This document shows positions 25,499 to 34,927 of a stretch of DNA of 64,000 bases, piece by piece. Below the pieces are notes generated by a model. It was not told where the DNA came from, did no database searches, and saw only the letters and a program-made list of their open reading frames with translations. A program made the position numbers and the translations under genes. The DNA is from Caulobacteraceae bacterium (GTDB taxonomy: Bacteria; Pseudomonadota; Alphaproteobacteria; Caulobacterales; Caulobacteraceae): positions 20,438 to 84,437 of the forward strand of contig CBDIHH010000002.1 in assembly GCA_965279095.1 (NCBI GenBank), written 5' to 3'. Each line of letters begins with the position of its first letter. The first letter of the stretch is position 1.

Positions 25499-26235
25499 TG
25501 TTCGACCTGACCGGCAAGACCGCCCTTGTCACCGGCGCCACCGGGGGCCTGGGCGGGGCCATCGCCCGCACCCTGCACCGCCAGGGGGCCGCCGTGGTCA
25601 TTTCCGGCACCCGCGCCGAGGCCCTCCAGGCCCTGGCCGAGGAGTTGGGGGAGCGCTGCCATGTGCAGGCCTGCAACCTGGCCGACCCGGCCGCTGTCGA
25701 CGCCCTGGTAGGCCAGGCCGAGGCCTTGGCCGGCCAGGTGGACATCGTCGTCTCCAACGCCGGCCTGACCCGGGACGGCCTGCTGCTACGGATGAAGGAC
25801 GAGGACTGGTCCTCCGTGCTGCAGGTCAACCTCGAGGCCTATTTCCGCCTGTCGCGGGCGGCCATGCGGGGGATGATGAAGCGCCGCTGGGGCCGCATCA
25901 TCGGCATCACCTCGGTGGTGGGCGTCACCGGCAACCCGGGCCAGTCCAACTATGCGGCCTCCAAGGCGGGCATGATCGGATTTTCCAAAGCGTTGGCGGC
26001 GGAAGTGGCGGCGCGTTCCATAACGGTGAATTGCGTCGCGCCCGGCTTCATGGTCTCGCCGATGACCGACGCTCTCACCGAGGGGCAGAAGGCCGCCACC
26101 ATCGCCCGCGTGCCGGCCGGCCGGCTGGGTTCCGGCGACGACGTCGCCGCCGCCTGCGCCTACCTCGCCAGCGACGAGGCGGCCTATGTCACCGGCCAGA
26201 CCCTTCACGTGAACGGCGGCATGGCGATGCTGTAA
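25498..26235 (+). CDS. fabG: 3-oxoacyl-ACP reductase
   Basis: SDR motifs TGATGGLG and YAASKAG. The ATG overlaps the fabD stop (TGATG). Confidence 0.95.
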   Translation: MFDLTGKTALVTGATGGLGGAIARTLHRQGAAVVISGTRAEALQALAEELGERCHVQACNLADPAAVDALVGQAEALAGQVDIVVSNAGLTRDGLLLRMKDEDWSSVLQVNLEAYFRLSRAAMRGMMKRRWGRIIGITSVVGVTGNPGQSNYAASKAGMIGFSKALAAEVAARSITVNCVAPGFMVSPMTDALTEGQKAATIARVPAGRLGSGDDVAAACAYLASDEAAYVTGQTLHVNGGMAML

Positions 26236-26316
26236 AGTCGCTTGCGGCCGTCCCATGCATTCATCTAGATGACCCAGAGCCGCTTCGGCGGCGCCACACA
26301 ACAAGGCTGAAATTTC

Positions 26317-26556
26317 ATGTCCGACGTCCTCGAACGCGTCCGCAAGATCGTCATCGAACACCTGGACGCCGATCCCGAGAAGGTGACCGAAAAGGCCAGC
26401 TTCATCGACGATCTCGGCGCCGACAGCCTCGACAATGTCGAGCTGGTCATGGCCTTCGAAGAAGAGTTTGACATCGAGATCCCCGACGACGCCGCCGAGC
26501 ACATCCAGACGGTGGGCGACGCGGTGAAGTTCATCTCCGAGCGTCTCGGCGCCTGA
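26317..26556 (+). CDS. acpP: Acyl carrier protein
   Basis: DLGADSLD phosphopantetheine attachment motif. Confidence 0.95.
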   Translation: MSDVLERVRKIVIEHLDADPEKVTEKASFIDDLGADSLDNVELVMAFEEEFDIEIPDDAAEHIQTVGDAVKFISERLGA

Positions 26557-26643
26557 TCGGAAAGCCGCGCCGATGAGCCGCCGAGCGCCTCAGTTGAGGC
26601 GACGGCGGTCTCGCGTGTCGTGAGCGGCGGGAAGGCGAGATCC

Positions 26644-27927
26644 ATGCGACGCGTCGTCATCACCGGCATCGGCCTGATCACCCCCCTGGGGCAGGGCGTC
26701 GATGTCAGCTGGAAGGCCATTCTCGCCGGCAAGTCCGGCGCGGGGCGCATCAGCGCCTTCGACCCCACCGACTACGCCTGCAAGGTGGCCTGCGAGGTGC
26801 CGCGGGTGGACGGGCGCGGCGGCGGCGGGCCGGACGTGGAAGGGTCGTTCGACCCCGACCAGACCATGTCGCCCAAGGACCAGCGCCGGGTCGACGACTT
26901 CATCCTCTATGCGGTGGCCGCGGCCGACGAGGCGGTGGCCGACTCCGGCTGGGCCCCGCAGAGCGACGAGGATCGTGAGCGCACCGGGGTGATCATCGGC
27001 TCCGGCATCGGCGGGCTGAACACCATCGCCGAGACGGCGCTGGAGCTGGACGCCAAAGGCCCGCGCCGGGTCAGTCCGTTCTTCATCCCCTCCGCCCTGA
27101 TCAACCTGGCCTCGGGTCAGGTGTCGATCAAGCACGGCTTCCAAGGGCCCAACCACTCGGTCGTGACCGCCTGCGCTACGGGCTCGCACGCCATCGGCGA
27201 CGCCATGCGCATCATCCAGTACGGCGACGCCGAGGTGATGGTCGCCGGCGGGGCCGAGGCGGCGGTCTGCAAGATCGGCATCGCGGGCTTCATCGCCTGC
27301 CGCGCCGTCTCCACCGGCTTCAACGACACCCCCGAAAAGGCCTCGCGCCCTTACGACAAGGATCGCGACGGCTTCGTCATGGGCGAGGGCGCCGGCGTCC
27401 TGGTGCTGGAAGAGCTCGAACACGCTCGGGCGCGCGGCGCCAAGATCTACGCCGAGGTCATCGGTTATGGGATGTCCGGCGACGCCTACCACATCACCTC
27501 TCCGGCCCCGGAAGGGGCGGGGGGCTTCCGCGCCATGCAGGCGGCCCTGAAGCACGCGGGCATCGACGCGGCCGACATCGACTACATCAACGCGCACGGC
27601 ACCTCGACGCCCATGGGCGACGAGCTGGAGCTGGGCGCGGTGGAGCGTCTGCTGGGCAATGCCGCCGGCAAGGCGACCATGTCGTCGACCAAGTCGGCCA
27701 TCGGCCACCTGCTCGGCGCGGCGGGCGCCGTGGAGGCGGCCTTCACGGTTCTGGCCATCCGCGATCAGATCGCGCCCCCGACCCTGAATCTCGACAACCC
27801 GTCGGTGGACACCGCCATCGACCTGGTGCCGCACAAGGCCAAGCCGATGAAGATCGACTACGCCCTGTCCAACAGCTTCGGTTTCGGCGGCACCAACGCC
27901 TCGCTCGTGTTCGCGAAGGCGCCGTGA
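26644..27927 (+). CDS. fabF: 3-oxoacyl-ACP synthase II
   Basis: Active-site TACATGSHA, HGTSTP and GHLLGAAG motifs. Start at ATG 26644 (MRRVVITG). Confidence 0.95.
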   Translation: MRRVVITGIGLITPLGQGVDVSWKAILAGKSGAGRISAFDPTDYACKVACEVPRVDGRGGGGPDVEGSFDPDQTMSPKDQRRVDDFILYAVAAADEAVADSGWAPQSDEDRERTGVIIGSGIGGLNTIAETALELDAKGPRRVSPFFIPSALINLASGQVSIKHGFQGPNHSVVTACATGSHAIGDAMRIIQYGDAEVMVAGGAEAAVCKIGIAGFIACRAVSTGFNDTPEKASRPYDKDRDGFVMGEGAGVLVLEELEHARARGAKIYAEVIGYGMSGDAYHITSPAPEGAGGFRAMQAALKHAGIDAADIDYINAHGTSTPMGDELELGAVERLLGNAAGKATMSSTKSAIGHLLGAAGAVEAAFTVLAIRDQIAPPTLNLDNPSVDTAIDLVPHKAKPMKIDYALSNSFGFGGTNASLVFAKAP

Positions 27928-29009
27928 GCCCAAGGCCGCAGAGGCGCAAGCCCCCGCGCGCGCCCCGGCGCAAAACCCCTCTGCCCCTGAGCCGCCGGCT
28001 GGCCATCGGCGCCGGCAGCGGCCTGGCGGTCATCGCCATCATCGCCGTTCTGGCCGCCGGCTGGGGCCTGTGGGTGTTCAACGGGCCCGGGCCCGCGGCG
28101 GCCAACGGCAAGGACACCGTGGTCACCCTGAGGCGGGGATCGGGCCTCGGCGAGATCGCCACGGCCCTGGAGCAGGGCGGCGCGATCCGCTCGGCCTCGG
28201 TGTTCGCGGCGGCGGCCCAGGTGACCGGGGCTGCGCGCGAGCTGAAGGCGGGGGAATATGAGTTCCCCTCCCACGCCTCCATCGCCGAGGTGCTGGACAA
28301 GGTCCGCCATGGCCGCATCGTCCGGCATTTCGTCACCATCCCCGAGGGTATGACCAGCGAGATGGCCGTCGAGATTCTCATGGCCAATCCCGTGCTCCAG
28401 GGCTCGGCGCCCGTCCCGCCCGAGGGCGCGATCCTGCCGGAGACCTATGATGTGGAGCGCGGCGAGGACCGGGCCGAGGTGCTCAAGCGCATGATGGACG
28501 CCCGCGACCGCCAGCTGGCCGACCTGTGGGCCAAGCGCCGCCCCGGACTGCCCCTGGCCAGCCCTGAGGACGCCATCACCCTGGCCTCGGTGGTCGAAAA
28601 GGAGACCGCCCTGGCCAGCGAGCGACCACGCATCGCCGCGGTCTTCGTCAACCGGCTTCAGCAGGGGGTGCGGCTGGAGTCCGACCCCACGATCATCTAC
28701 GGCCTCACCCGCGGACGGCCCCTGGGCCGGGGCCTGCGCCAGTCGGAACTGGCCCAGCCCAACCCGTGGAACACCTACCAGATCGACGGCCTGCCCCCGA
28801 CGCCCATCGCCAACCCCGGGCGCGCGTCCCTGGCCGCCGTGCTCGACCCGCCCCGCACCCGCGAGATGTTCTTCGTGGCCGACGGATCGGGCGGGCATGT
28901 CTTCGCCGCCACCTACCCAGAGCACCTGCGCAATGTCGCGCGCTGGCGGCAGGTGGAACAGAAACACAAGGCCCCGCCGACCCCGGCGCCCGCCGAGCTG
29001 GTGAACTGA
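27924..29009 (+). CDS. mltG: Endolytic murein transglycosylase (YceG family)
   Basis: N-terminal TM anchor and YceG-like motifs (ASVVEKET, PNPWNTYQIDGLPPTPIANPG). The GTG overlaps the fabF stop. Confidence 0.85.
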   Translation: MSPRPQRRKPPRAPRRKTPLPLSRRLAIGAGSGLAVIAIIAVLAAGWGLWVFNGPGPAAANGKDTVVTLRRGSGLGEIATALEQGGAIRSASVFAAAAQVTGAARELKAGEYEFPSHASIAEVLDKVRHGRIVRHFVTIPEGMTSEMAVEILMANPVLQGSAPVPPEGAILPETYDVERGEDRAEVLKRMMDARDRQLADLWAKRRPGLPLASPEDAITLASVVEKETALASERPRIAAVFVNRLQQGVRLESDPTIIYGLTRGRPLGRGLRQSELAQPNPWNTYQIDGLPPTPIANPGRASLAAVLDPPRTREMFFVADGSGGHVFAATYPEHLRNVARWRQVEQKHKAPPTPAPAELVN

Positions 29010-29010
29010 G

Positions 29011-29892
29011 ATGGCCCTATCCGGCATGACCGGCTTCGCGCGCACCGAGGGGGCCCTCGAGGCCTGGACCTGGGCGGTGGAGGCGCGCTCGGTCAACGGC
29101 CGCAACCTGGAAGTCCGCTTCAAGGGCCCGCCGGGCCTGGAGGCCCTCGACCGGCTGGCGCGCGAGGGCGGCGGCGCCCTGTTCCAGCGCGGCCAGATCA
29201 ACATCACCCTGCAGGCGCGCAAGGCCGAAGGGCAGGTTCTCGCCCGCATCAACACCGACCAGCTGGACCGCTACCTCGCCGTCGCCCGCGCCTATGCCGA
29301 GGACGGGCGGGCGGAGGCGCCGCGGATTGAGGCCCTGATGGCCCTGCGCGGAGTCATCGAGGCGTCCGAGGAGGTGGAGACCCCCGAGGCCAGGCTGGCG
29401 CTGGAGAAGGCCATGGCGATCTCCCTGGCCCAGGCCCTGGACGCCCTGCGCTCCGCGCGCCTGGAGGAGGGCGCCGCCTTGTCGCCGGTACTGGGCGGTA
29501 CCGTCGACCGCATCGCCGCCCTGGTGGCCGCGGCCGAGACCGACGCGGCCCTGCAGCCCGGGGTGCTGAAGACGCGCTATCAGAAGCGCATCGCCGAGCT
29601 CATCGACGCCGCCGGGCTGGAGGAGCGCATCGTCCAGGAGGCCGCGATGATGGCGGTCAAGGCCGATGTGCGCGAGGAGCTCGACCGGCTGTCCAGCCAT
29701 GTCGACGCGGCCCGCGCCCTTTTGGCCTCCGACGGGCCCGCCGGACGGCGGCTGGACTTCCTGTCGCAGGAGTTCATGCGCGAGGCCAACACCCTGTGCT
29801 CCAAGGCGGCGACCACGGCCCTAACCGCCGTCGGGCTGGAGCTGAAGGCCGCCATCGAGCAGTTCCGCGAACAGGTGCAGAATGTCGAATGA
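29011..29892 (+). CDS. yicC: YicC-family stress-induced protein
   Basis: MTGFAR N-terminus and C-terminal RRLDFLSQEFMREANTLCSKA motif. Confidence 0.85.
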   Translation: MALSGMTGFARTEGALEAWTWAVEARSVNGRNLEVRFKGPPGLEALDRLAREGGGALFQRGQINITLQARKAEGQVLARINTDQLDRYLAVARAYAEDGRAEAPRIEALMALRGVIEASEEVETPEARLALEKAMAISLAQALDALRSARLEEGAALSPVLGGTVDRIAALVAAAETDAALQPGVLKTRYQKRIAELIDAAGLEERIVQEAAMMAVKADVREELDRLSSHVDAARALLASDGPAGRRLDFLSQEFMREANTLCSKAATTALTAVGLELKAAIEQFREQVQNVE

Positions 29893-30526
29893 GCCGCCCG
29901 TCGCCCGTCGAGGGTTGATGCTGGTGATCTCGAGCCCCTCGGGCGCCGGCAAGACCTCCCTGTCGCGGCAGCTGATCGCCGAGCATCCCAACCTCAGCCT
30001 GTCGGTGTCGGCCACGACGCGCCAGCCGCGCCCGGGCGAGGCGGACGGTCGCGAGTATCATTTCGTCAGCCGCGACGCCTTCGACGCCATGGCGAAGGAC
30101 GATGCCTTCCTGGAATGGGCCGAGGTGCACGAGCACCGCTACGGCACCCCGCGGGGGCCGGTGATGGCGGCCCTGGAACGGGGCCAGGACGTGCTGTTCG
30201 ACATCGACTGGCAGGGCGCCATGAGCATCGCCGCCGAAGCCGGCGACGATGTGGTGCGGGTGTTCATCCTGCCGCCCTCCATGGCCGAGCTCAGCCGCCG
30301 GCTGCACGCCCGCGCCCAGGACGCCGAGGACGTCATCCAGCGCCGCCTGGGCCGGGCCGCCGGGGAGATCCGCATGTGGGCGGAATACGACTATGTCCTG
30401 GTCAACGAGGACTATGACGCCGCCTATGCGGACCTTGCCCTCATCTACCACGCCGAGCGGCTCAAGCGGACGCGCAACCCTTGGCTGAAGCCCGTGGTGG
30501 AGCGCCTCCTGGGAGAGGCGACCTAG
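29882..30526 (+). CDS. gmk: Guanylate kinase
   Basis: P-loop SSPSGAGKTSL and the TTRQPRPGE motif. Confidence 0.95.
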   Translation: MSNEPPVARRGLMLVISSPSGAGKTSLSRQLIAEHPNLSLSVSATTRQPRPGEADGREYHFVSRDAFDAMAKDDAFLEWAEVHEHRYGTPRGPVMAALERGQDVLFDIDWQGAMSIAAEAGDDVVRVFILPPSMAELSRRLHARAQDAEDVIQRRLGRAAGEIRMWAEYDYVLVNEDYDAAYADLALIYHAERLKRTRNPWLKPVVERLLGEAT

Positions 30527-30603
30527 CCCGCTCGACTTGCCGGCCGATCCATTGTTTCATGCCGTGTCTCGACCTGGGACGGCATTTGGCGTGGAGCGGA
30601 CAG

Positions 30604-30822
30604 ATGAGCGACTACGAAACCAAGCAGACCGACGGCGGCTACGAGATCACCCTGTCGGGCAAGACTGTCGTCGTGCTCAAGGGCGCCGAGGGTTCGCTGA
30701 AGGCCGAGTATCCGGTGGGCACGCGCGACGCCGCCCAGGACTGTTTCGACAAATGCTTCGCCGCCTCGGACGGCACCACCGGCGCCGCGCATAAGTGCGC
30801 CAAGGCCTGCGGTCTGACCTAG
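30604..30822 (+). CDS. 72-aa hypothetical protein with a twin CX3C motif
   Basis: Very high GC3 (coding-like). No signal peptide. CFDKC-13 residues-CAKAC at the C-terminus. Confidence 0.6.
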   Translation: MSDYETKQTDGGYEITLSGKTVVVLKGAEGSLKAEYPVGTRDAAQDCFDKCFAASDGTTGAAHKCAKACGLT

Positions 30823-30878
30823 GGACGGGTCCGGCGCCCCCGCAGGACCGGGTGGGCGCCGCCCCGGGAGCCAAAATA

Positions 30879-30893
30879 GTTCTTGATATGTTC
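30879..30893 (+). promoter_or_regulatory. Candidate LexA operator (alphaproteobacterial SOS box GTTC-N7-GTTC)
   Basis: GTTCTTGATATGTTC, 45 nt upstream of ATG 30938. It overlaps a TTGATA -35-like hexamer. 12 of 15 positions match the reverse complement of the recA box (GTTCGCAATATGTTC). Confidence 0.45.
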
Positions 30894-30937
30894 CGTCCGC
30901 CACGGCTACGCTTGTATCCCTGAGGGGAGCGGCGGTC

Positions 30938-31687
30938 ATGACCGGCTTGATTCAACGTCTGGCGGAGTGGGTGCGAGACCGACTGGACGGGATCCAGACC
31001 TATCTCCTGGTCGGCATGTCGCCTGTCGAGGCGCAGGACGCCCGGACCGTGATGCGGGCGGTGGCGGCGGGCGTCAGGCGGTTCCCCGCGCATCGGGCCG
31101 CCCTCGAGGCCGTGTTGTCCCGGACGCCGGATCCCTATCCCGAGATCGATATCAGCGGGCCGGAGCTTGTCGCCCGCGGTTTCACCCCTACGGCAGCCCT
31201 GTTCCTGATCGACAAGGCCGAGCGCCTTTACCCTGACCGGGTCGCCCCAGCAGCCAATCCAACGCTTCGCTACAATACCTACGGTGGCGCAGCGTACTGG
31301 CTGGGGGTCGGCTATCTGAACTCGGGGGAGCCTGAGGCGGCCGTGGAAGTCCTGAAAGCGGCCCTGCGACGACAGCCGGGATTGAGCACCGCGGTTAGCG
31401 AATTGGGCGTGTCGCTGGAGGCCGCCGGCCGGCGGGACGAGGCTTTGGCCCTGTACGAGGACTGGCTCGGCCGCCGCGAGGAGATCAACGGGGGCGCCCT
31501 CCAAGAGATCTTGATCAGCTACGGTCATGCTCTGATCCAAACCGGCCGCCTCGACGAGGCCGAGCGCGCCTTTCTGGATCTGCGGGCTGTGGCTCCCGAC
31601 CATCCGCTCATTGCGGTGGAGCTCGAGCAGATCGCCGCTCAGCGGTGCGGAGCGCCGCCGGTGGAGCGGGTGCTCAGGATGACTTAG
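30938..31687 (+). CDS. TPR-repeat protein, function unknown
   Basis: TPR-like helices in the C-terminal half (AAYWLGVGYLNSGEPEAAVEVLKAALRRQP; ALALYEDWL; GHALIQTGRLDEAERAFLDL). GGGGAG RBS. Noticeably more A/T-ending and rare codons than its neighbours. Confidence 0.65.
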   Translation: MTGLIQRLAEWVRDRLDGIQTYLLVGMSPVEAQDARTVMRAVAAGVRRFPAHRAALEAVLSRTPDPYPEIDISGPELVARGFTPTAALFLIDKAERLYPDRVAPAANPTLRYNTYGGAAYWLGVGYLNSGEPEAAVEVLKAALRRQPGLSTAVSELGVSLEAAGRRDEALALYEDWLGRREEINGGALQEILISYGHALIQTGRLDEAERAFLDLRAVAPDHPLIAVELEQIAAQRCGAPPVERVLRMT

Positions 31688-31718
31688 GGACCGCACCACA
31701 GCGTGGCCGATGGGCGCC

Positions 31719-32558
31719 TTACGCCGCCGCCCGCCAGGCCTGCGCCAGGCGCAGGAAGCCCGCCACGTCCACCGTCTCCGCCCTCGCGTTGGGGTCGATG
31801 CCGGCGGCCAGGCACAGGGCTTCGCCGCCGAGCTGCTTGAGGCTGCCGCGGAGCATCTTGCGGCGCTGGCCGAAGGCGTCGTGGGTGATGCGCTCGAGGG
31901 CGGCGATGGTGGCGTCGTCCGGGCGGTCAGGGCGGGGGGTGAGCAAGACTACGGCGGAGGCGACCTTGGGCGGGGGGGTGAAGGCCCGGGCCGGTAGGTC
32001 CATGACGATGGACGCCTGCGCCAGGGCCTGGGTGATCACGGCCAGGCGGCCGTAGGCGTCCCCATCCACCGGGGCGACGATGCGCTCGGCGACCTCCTTC
32101 TGAAACATCAAGGCCATGGCTTCCCAGGGCAGGGCGCCGGTGAGCCATTTGATCAGCAGGGGCGTGCCGACGTTGTAGGGCAGGTTGGAGACGATGCGCA
32201 GGGGCAGGCCGGGGGCGTGGGCGGCCAGCAGGGCGGCCTCGTCCACGCGCAAGGCGTCGTCGCGCACCACCGTCAGCCGGTCCGGCGCGGCCGCCCCAAG
32301 GTCGTCGAGGAGGGGCAGGAAGCGCGGGTCTTTCTCCACGGCGACGACCTGGGCGCCGGCCTCGATGAGGGCGCGGGTCAGGCCGCCGGGCCCGGGCCCG
32401 ACCTCGATCACCGCCCGGCCTTCCAGCGGCCCGGCGAGGCGGGCGATCTTGCGGGTGATGTTCAGGTCCAGCAGGAAGTGCTGGCCGAACCCCTTGTTGG
32501 CCATCAGGCCATGGTCGGCGAGCACATCGCGCAGGGGCGGCAGGGCGCTGAGATCCAT
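31719..32558 (-). CDS. rsmA: 16S rRNA (adenine1518/1519-N6)-dimethyltransferase
   Basis: KsgA motifs (GQHFL, VIEVGPGPGGLT, SNLPYNV). Confidence 0.95.
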   Translation of the reverse strand: MDLSALPPLRDVLADHGLMANKGFGQHFLLDLNITRKIARLAGPLEGRAVIEVGPGPGGLTRALIEAGAQVVAVEKDPRFLPLLDDLGAAAPDRLTVVRDDALRVDEAALLAAHAPGLPLRIVSNLPYNVGTPLLIKWLTGALPWEAMALMFQKEVAERIVAPVDGDAYGRLAVITQALAQASIVMDLPARAFTPPPKVASAVVLLTPRPDRPDDATIAALERITHDAFGQRRKMLRGSLKQLGGEALCLAAGIDPNARAETVDVAGFLRLAQAWRAAA

Positions 32559-32561
32559 GCC

Positions 32562-33572
32562 CTAGGCCGCGGCGCGCCGGCGGGCGATGTCGGCGGCCAG
32601 GCGCACGGCGGCGATCAGGCTGTCGGCCCGCGCCAGGCCGCGGCCGGCGATGTCATAGCCGACCCCGTGGTCGGGGGAGGTGCGCACCACCGGCAGACCG
32701 AGCGTCACATTAACGCCGCCCCAGAAGTCGAGCATCTTCACGGGGATAAGCGCCTGGTCATGGTACATGCAGACCACCGCGTCACAGCCTTTGCGCGCCT
32801 CCGCGTGGAACAGGGTGTCGGCGGGGCGGGGACCCCGGACGTCGTGGCCGCGCGAGACCAACTCGTGAACGGCGGGGATGATGACATCGGTCTCCTCGCG
32901 GCCGATGGCGCCGCTCTCCCCCGCGTGGGGATTGAGTCCGCTGACCATCAGCCGAGGGTTGGCGACGCCGAAATCGCGGCGCAGGGCCTGGAGGGTCACC
33001 TCGGCGGTGCGGATAATCCGATCGGCGGTGATCAGGGCCGGGACCGCCGCCAAGGGCTCGTGGATGGTCACCAGGGTGGTGCGCAGGTCGCCGGCGGCCA
33101 GCATCATCACCGGCCCGCGTCGCCCCGATACGGGCGCGGCGGCGGTGAGTTCGTCGAGGAATTCGGTGTGTCCGGGGAAGCGGAACCCCGCCTCGTAGAG
33201 GGGCGCCTTGGCGATGGGGGCGGTGACCACCCCGTTCACGGCGCCGGACAGGGCCAGGCCCACCGCGGTCTCGATCCAGCGCACCACCATGGCGGCGTTG
33301 GCCGCCGAGGGCTGGCCCGAGACCACCCGCCCCTGCAGGGGCATGTCGAGCACGGGCAGGGCGGTGGGAAACACCCGCGCGGCCTCCTCGGGAGAGCCCA
33401 CACGGGCCAGGATCGAGGCGCCCGCGGGCGAGGCCGTGGCGAGGAGCTGATAGTCGCCGATGACCAGGAACGGCGGCCCCTCCGCACGCAGGGCCTGCCA
33501 GGCCTTGACGGTGATCTCCGGGCCGACCCCTGCCGGGTCTCCCAGGCTGAGGGCTAGGGGCGTGGGCCTCAC
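32562..33572 (-). CDS. pdxA: 4-hydroxythreonine-4-phosphate dehydrogenase
   Basis: PdxA motifs (GDPAGVGPEI, FPGHTEFL, TSPDHG). Confidence 0.9.
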   Translation of the reverse strand: MRPTPLALSLGDPAGVGPEITVKAWQALRAEGPPFLVIGDYQLLATASPAGASILARVGSPEEAARVFPTALPVLDMPLQGRVVSGQPSAANAAMVVRWIETAVGLALSGAVNGVVTAPIAKAPLYEAGFRFPGHTEFLDELTAAAPVSGRRGPVMMLAAGDLRTTLVTIHEPLAAVPALITADRIIRTAEVTLQALRRDFGVANPRLMVSGLNPHAGESGAIGREETDVIIPAVHELVSRGHDVRGPRPADTLFHAEARKGCDAVVCMYHDQALIPVKMLDFWGGVNVTLGLPVVRTSPDHGVGYDIAGRGLARADSLIAAVRLAADIARRRAAA

Positions 33573-34927
33573 CGCGTCTCTATCGTCGCCGAGTTCCTAA
33601 GGTCCCTGAGATAGCGCTTGGACAGCATCGCCAGCTGCTGGGTGTAGAGGCGGTTCTCCACCTCCTGGGCGCTGGGCGCCTTGCCGCTGGCCTGCCGGCG
33701 CCCGCAGACCTCGATGAGGTGCAGGCCCACCGGGGTGCGGATCGGTGCGCTGAGCTGGTTCTCGGCCAGCCCCTGGGCGGCCTCGCGGAAGGCGGCGGAC
33801 AGGTCGTTGATGTCGGCCTCGCCAAGATCGCCGGCGGTGACCCCCGGGACCGTGGCGGCGGCGGCCTCCAGATCGGCGCAGCTGGTCGCCTTGGCGCGGA
33901 CCTGCTCGAGGGTGCGGGCGGCGGCGGCCACCTGATCGGGGGTGGCGTCGCCCGCCAGGCGCACGGCCGCCTGCTTGAGGCTGATCATCGAGGCGGCGGC
34001 GCCGGCCTGCTTCTCGCGCAGGTAGATGATGTAGACGCCGTCCTGCACGGGGATGGGATTGGACAGCTGGCCCGGACGCATCTGTTCGAGGGCGGCGGCC
34101 ACCTCGGGGGGTTCCTCGGCGGCCGACACCCAGCCGGCGTCGCCCCCGTTGGCGGCGGTCGGGGCGCTGGAGAACTGGCGGGCGACGCCGCCGAAGGGCG
34201 CCCCCTGCTGCAGCTGCGTGACCAGCTGCTCGGCGCCCTTGAGGGCCTCGGCCTGGCCGCCGGCCTTGGCGGCCTCGATATAGACCTCGCCGATCAGGAA
34301 GCGGGGCTGGCTGGCGGCGGCGGTGAGGCGCTTGAGCTGGGCCTGAACCTGGTCCTGGCCGATGCGCACCCGCGAGCCGTAGCGGCCGCTGATCCAGCGC
34401 TGCCAGCTGATCTGGGCGCGAAGTTGGTCGCGCAGGGTCTCGACGTCGACGCCGGCCTCGGCCAGGGAGGCCTTGAGCTGCTCGCCGGAGACCTTGTTGT
34501 CCTGACCCATGGCCTCGATCTGCTGATCGATCTCGGCGGCGTCGGGGACGATCTCGAACTTCTGCTTGCGCTCCTGCTTGCGCACTTCCTGAAGCTGCAG
34601 CCGCTCTTCCACCAGGGAGCGCAGCGCCTGCTGCTGCAGCTGGGGCAGGTTGGCCTCGGTGGGCTGGACGCCGCTGGTGAGGATGAGCAGCAGGGTGCGC
34701 TGGCGCAGGTCGTAGGTGGAGATGATCTCGTCGTTGACGACCGCGGCGACGCCCTCGGCGAGGCCGGAGGCCGGTTCGGCCGGGGCCGCGGCGGGGGCGG
34801 CTTCGGCGGCGACCTGGGCGAAGGCGGGTAGGGTCGCCCCGAGGCCCGCCACCAAGGCGAGGGCAGCGGCCCCGCTGATAAGTTTCAGCGACAAGGCCTT
34901 GTTTCTATTGTCCAACTTCGTTGTCAC
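33569..34927 (-). CDS. surA: Periplasmic chaperone / PPIase SurA
   Basis: Signal peptide, SurA N-domain and a parvulin-like region. Located in the conserved lptD-surA-pdxA-rsmA context. Confidence 0.85.
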   Translation of the reverse strand: MTTKLDNRNKALSLKLISGAAALALVAGLGATLPAFAQVAAEAAPAAAPAEPASGLAEGVAAVVNDEIISTYDLRQRTLLLILTSGVQPTEANLPQLQQQALRSLVEERLQLQEVRKQERKQKFEIVPDAAEIDQQIEAMGQDNKVSGEQLKASLAEAGVDVETLRDQLRAQISWQRWISGRYGSRVRIGQDQVQAQLKRLTAAASQPRFLIGEVYIEAAKAGGQAEALKGAEQLVTQLQQGAPFGGVARQFSSAPTAANGGDAGWVSAAEEPPEVAAALEQMRPGQLSNPIPVQDGVYIIYLREKQAGAAASMISLKQAAVRLAGDATPDQVAAAARTLEQVRAKATSCADLEAAAATVPGVTAGDLGEADINDLSAAFREAAQGLAENQLSAPIRTPVGLHLIEVCGRRQASGKAPSAQEVENRLYTQQLAMLSKRYLRDLRNSATIETR

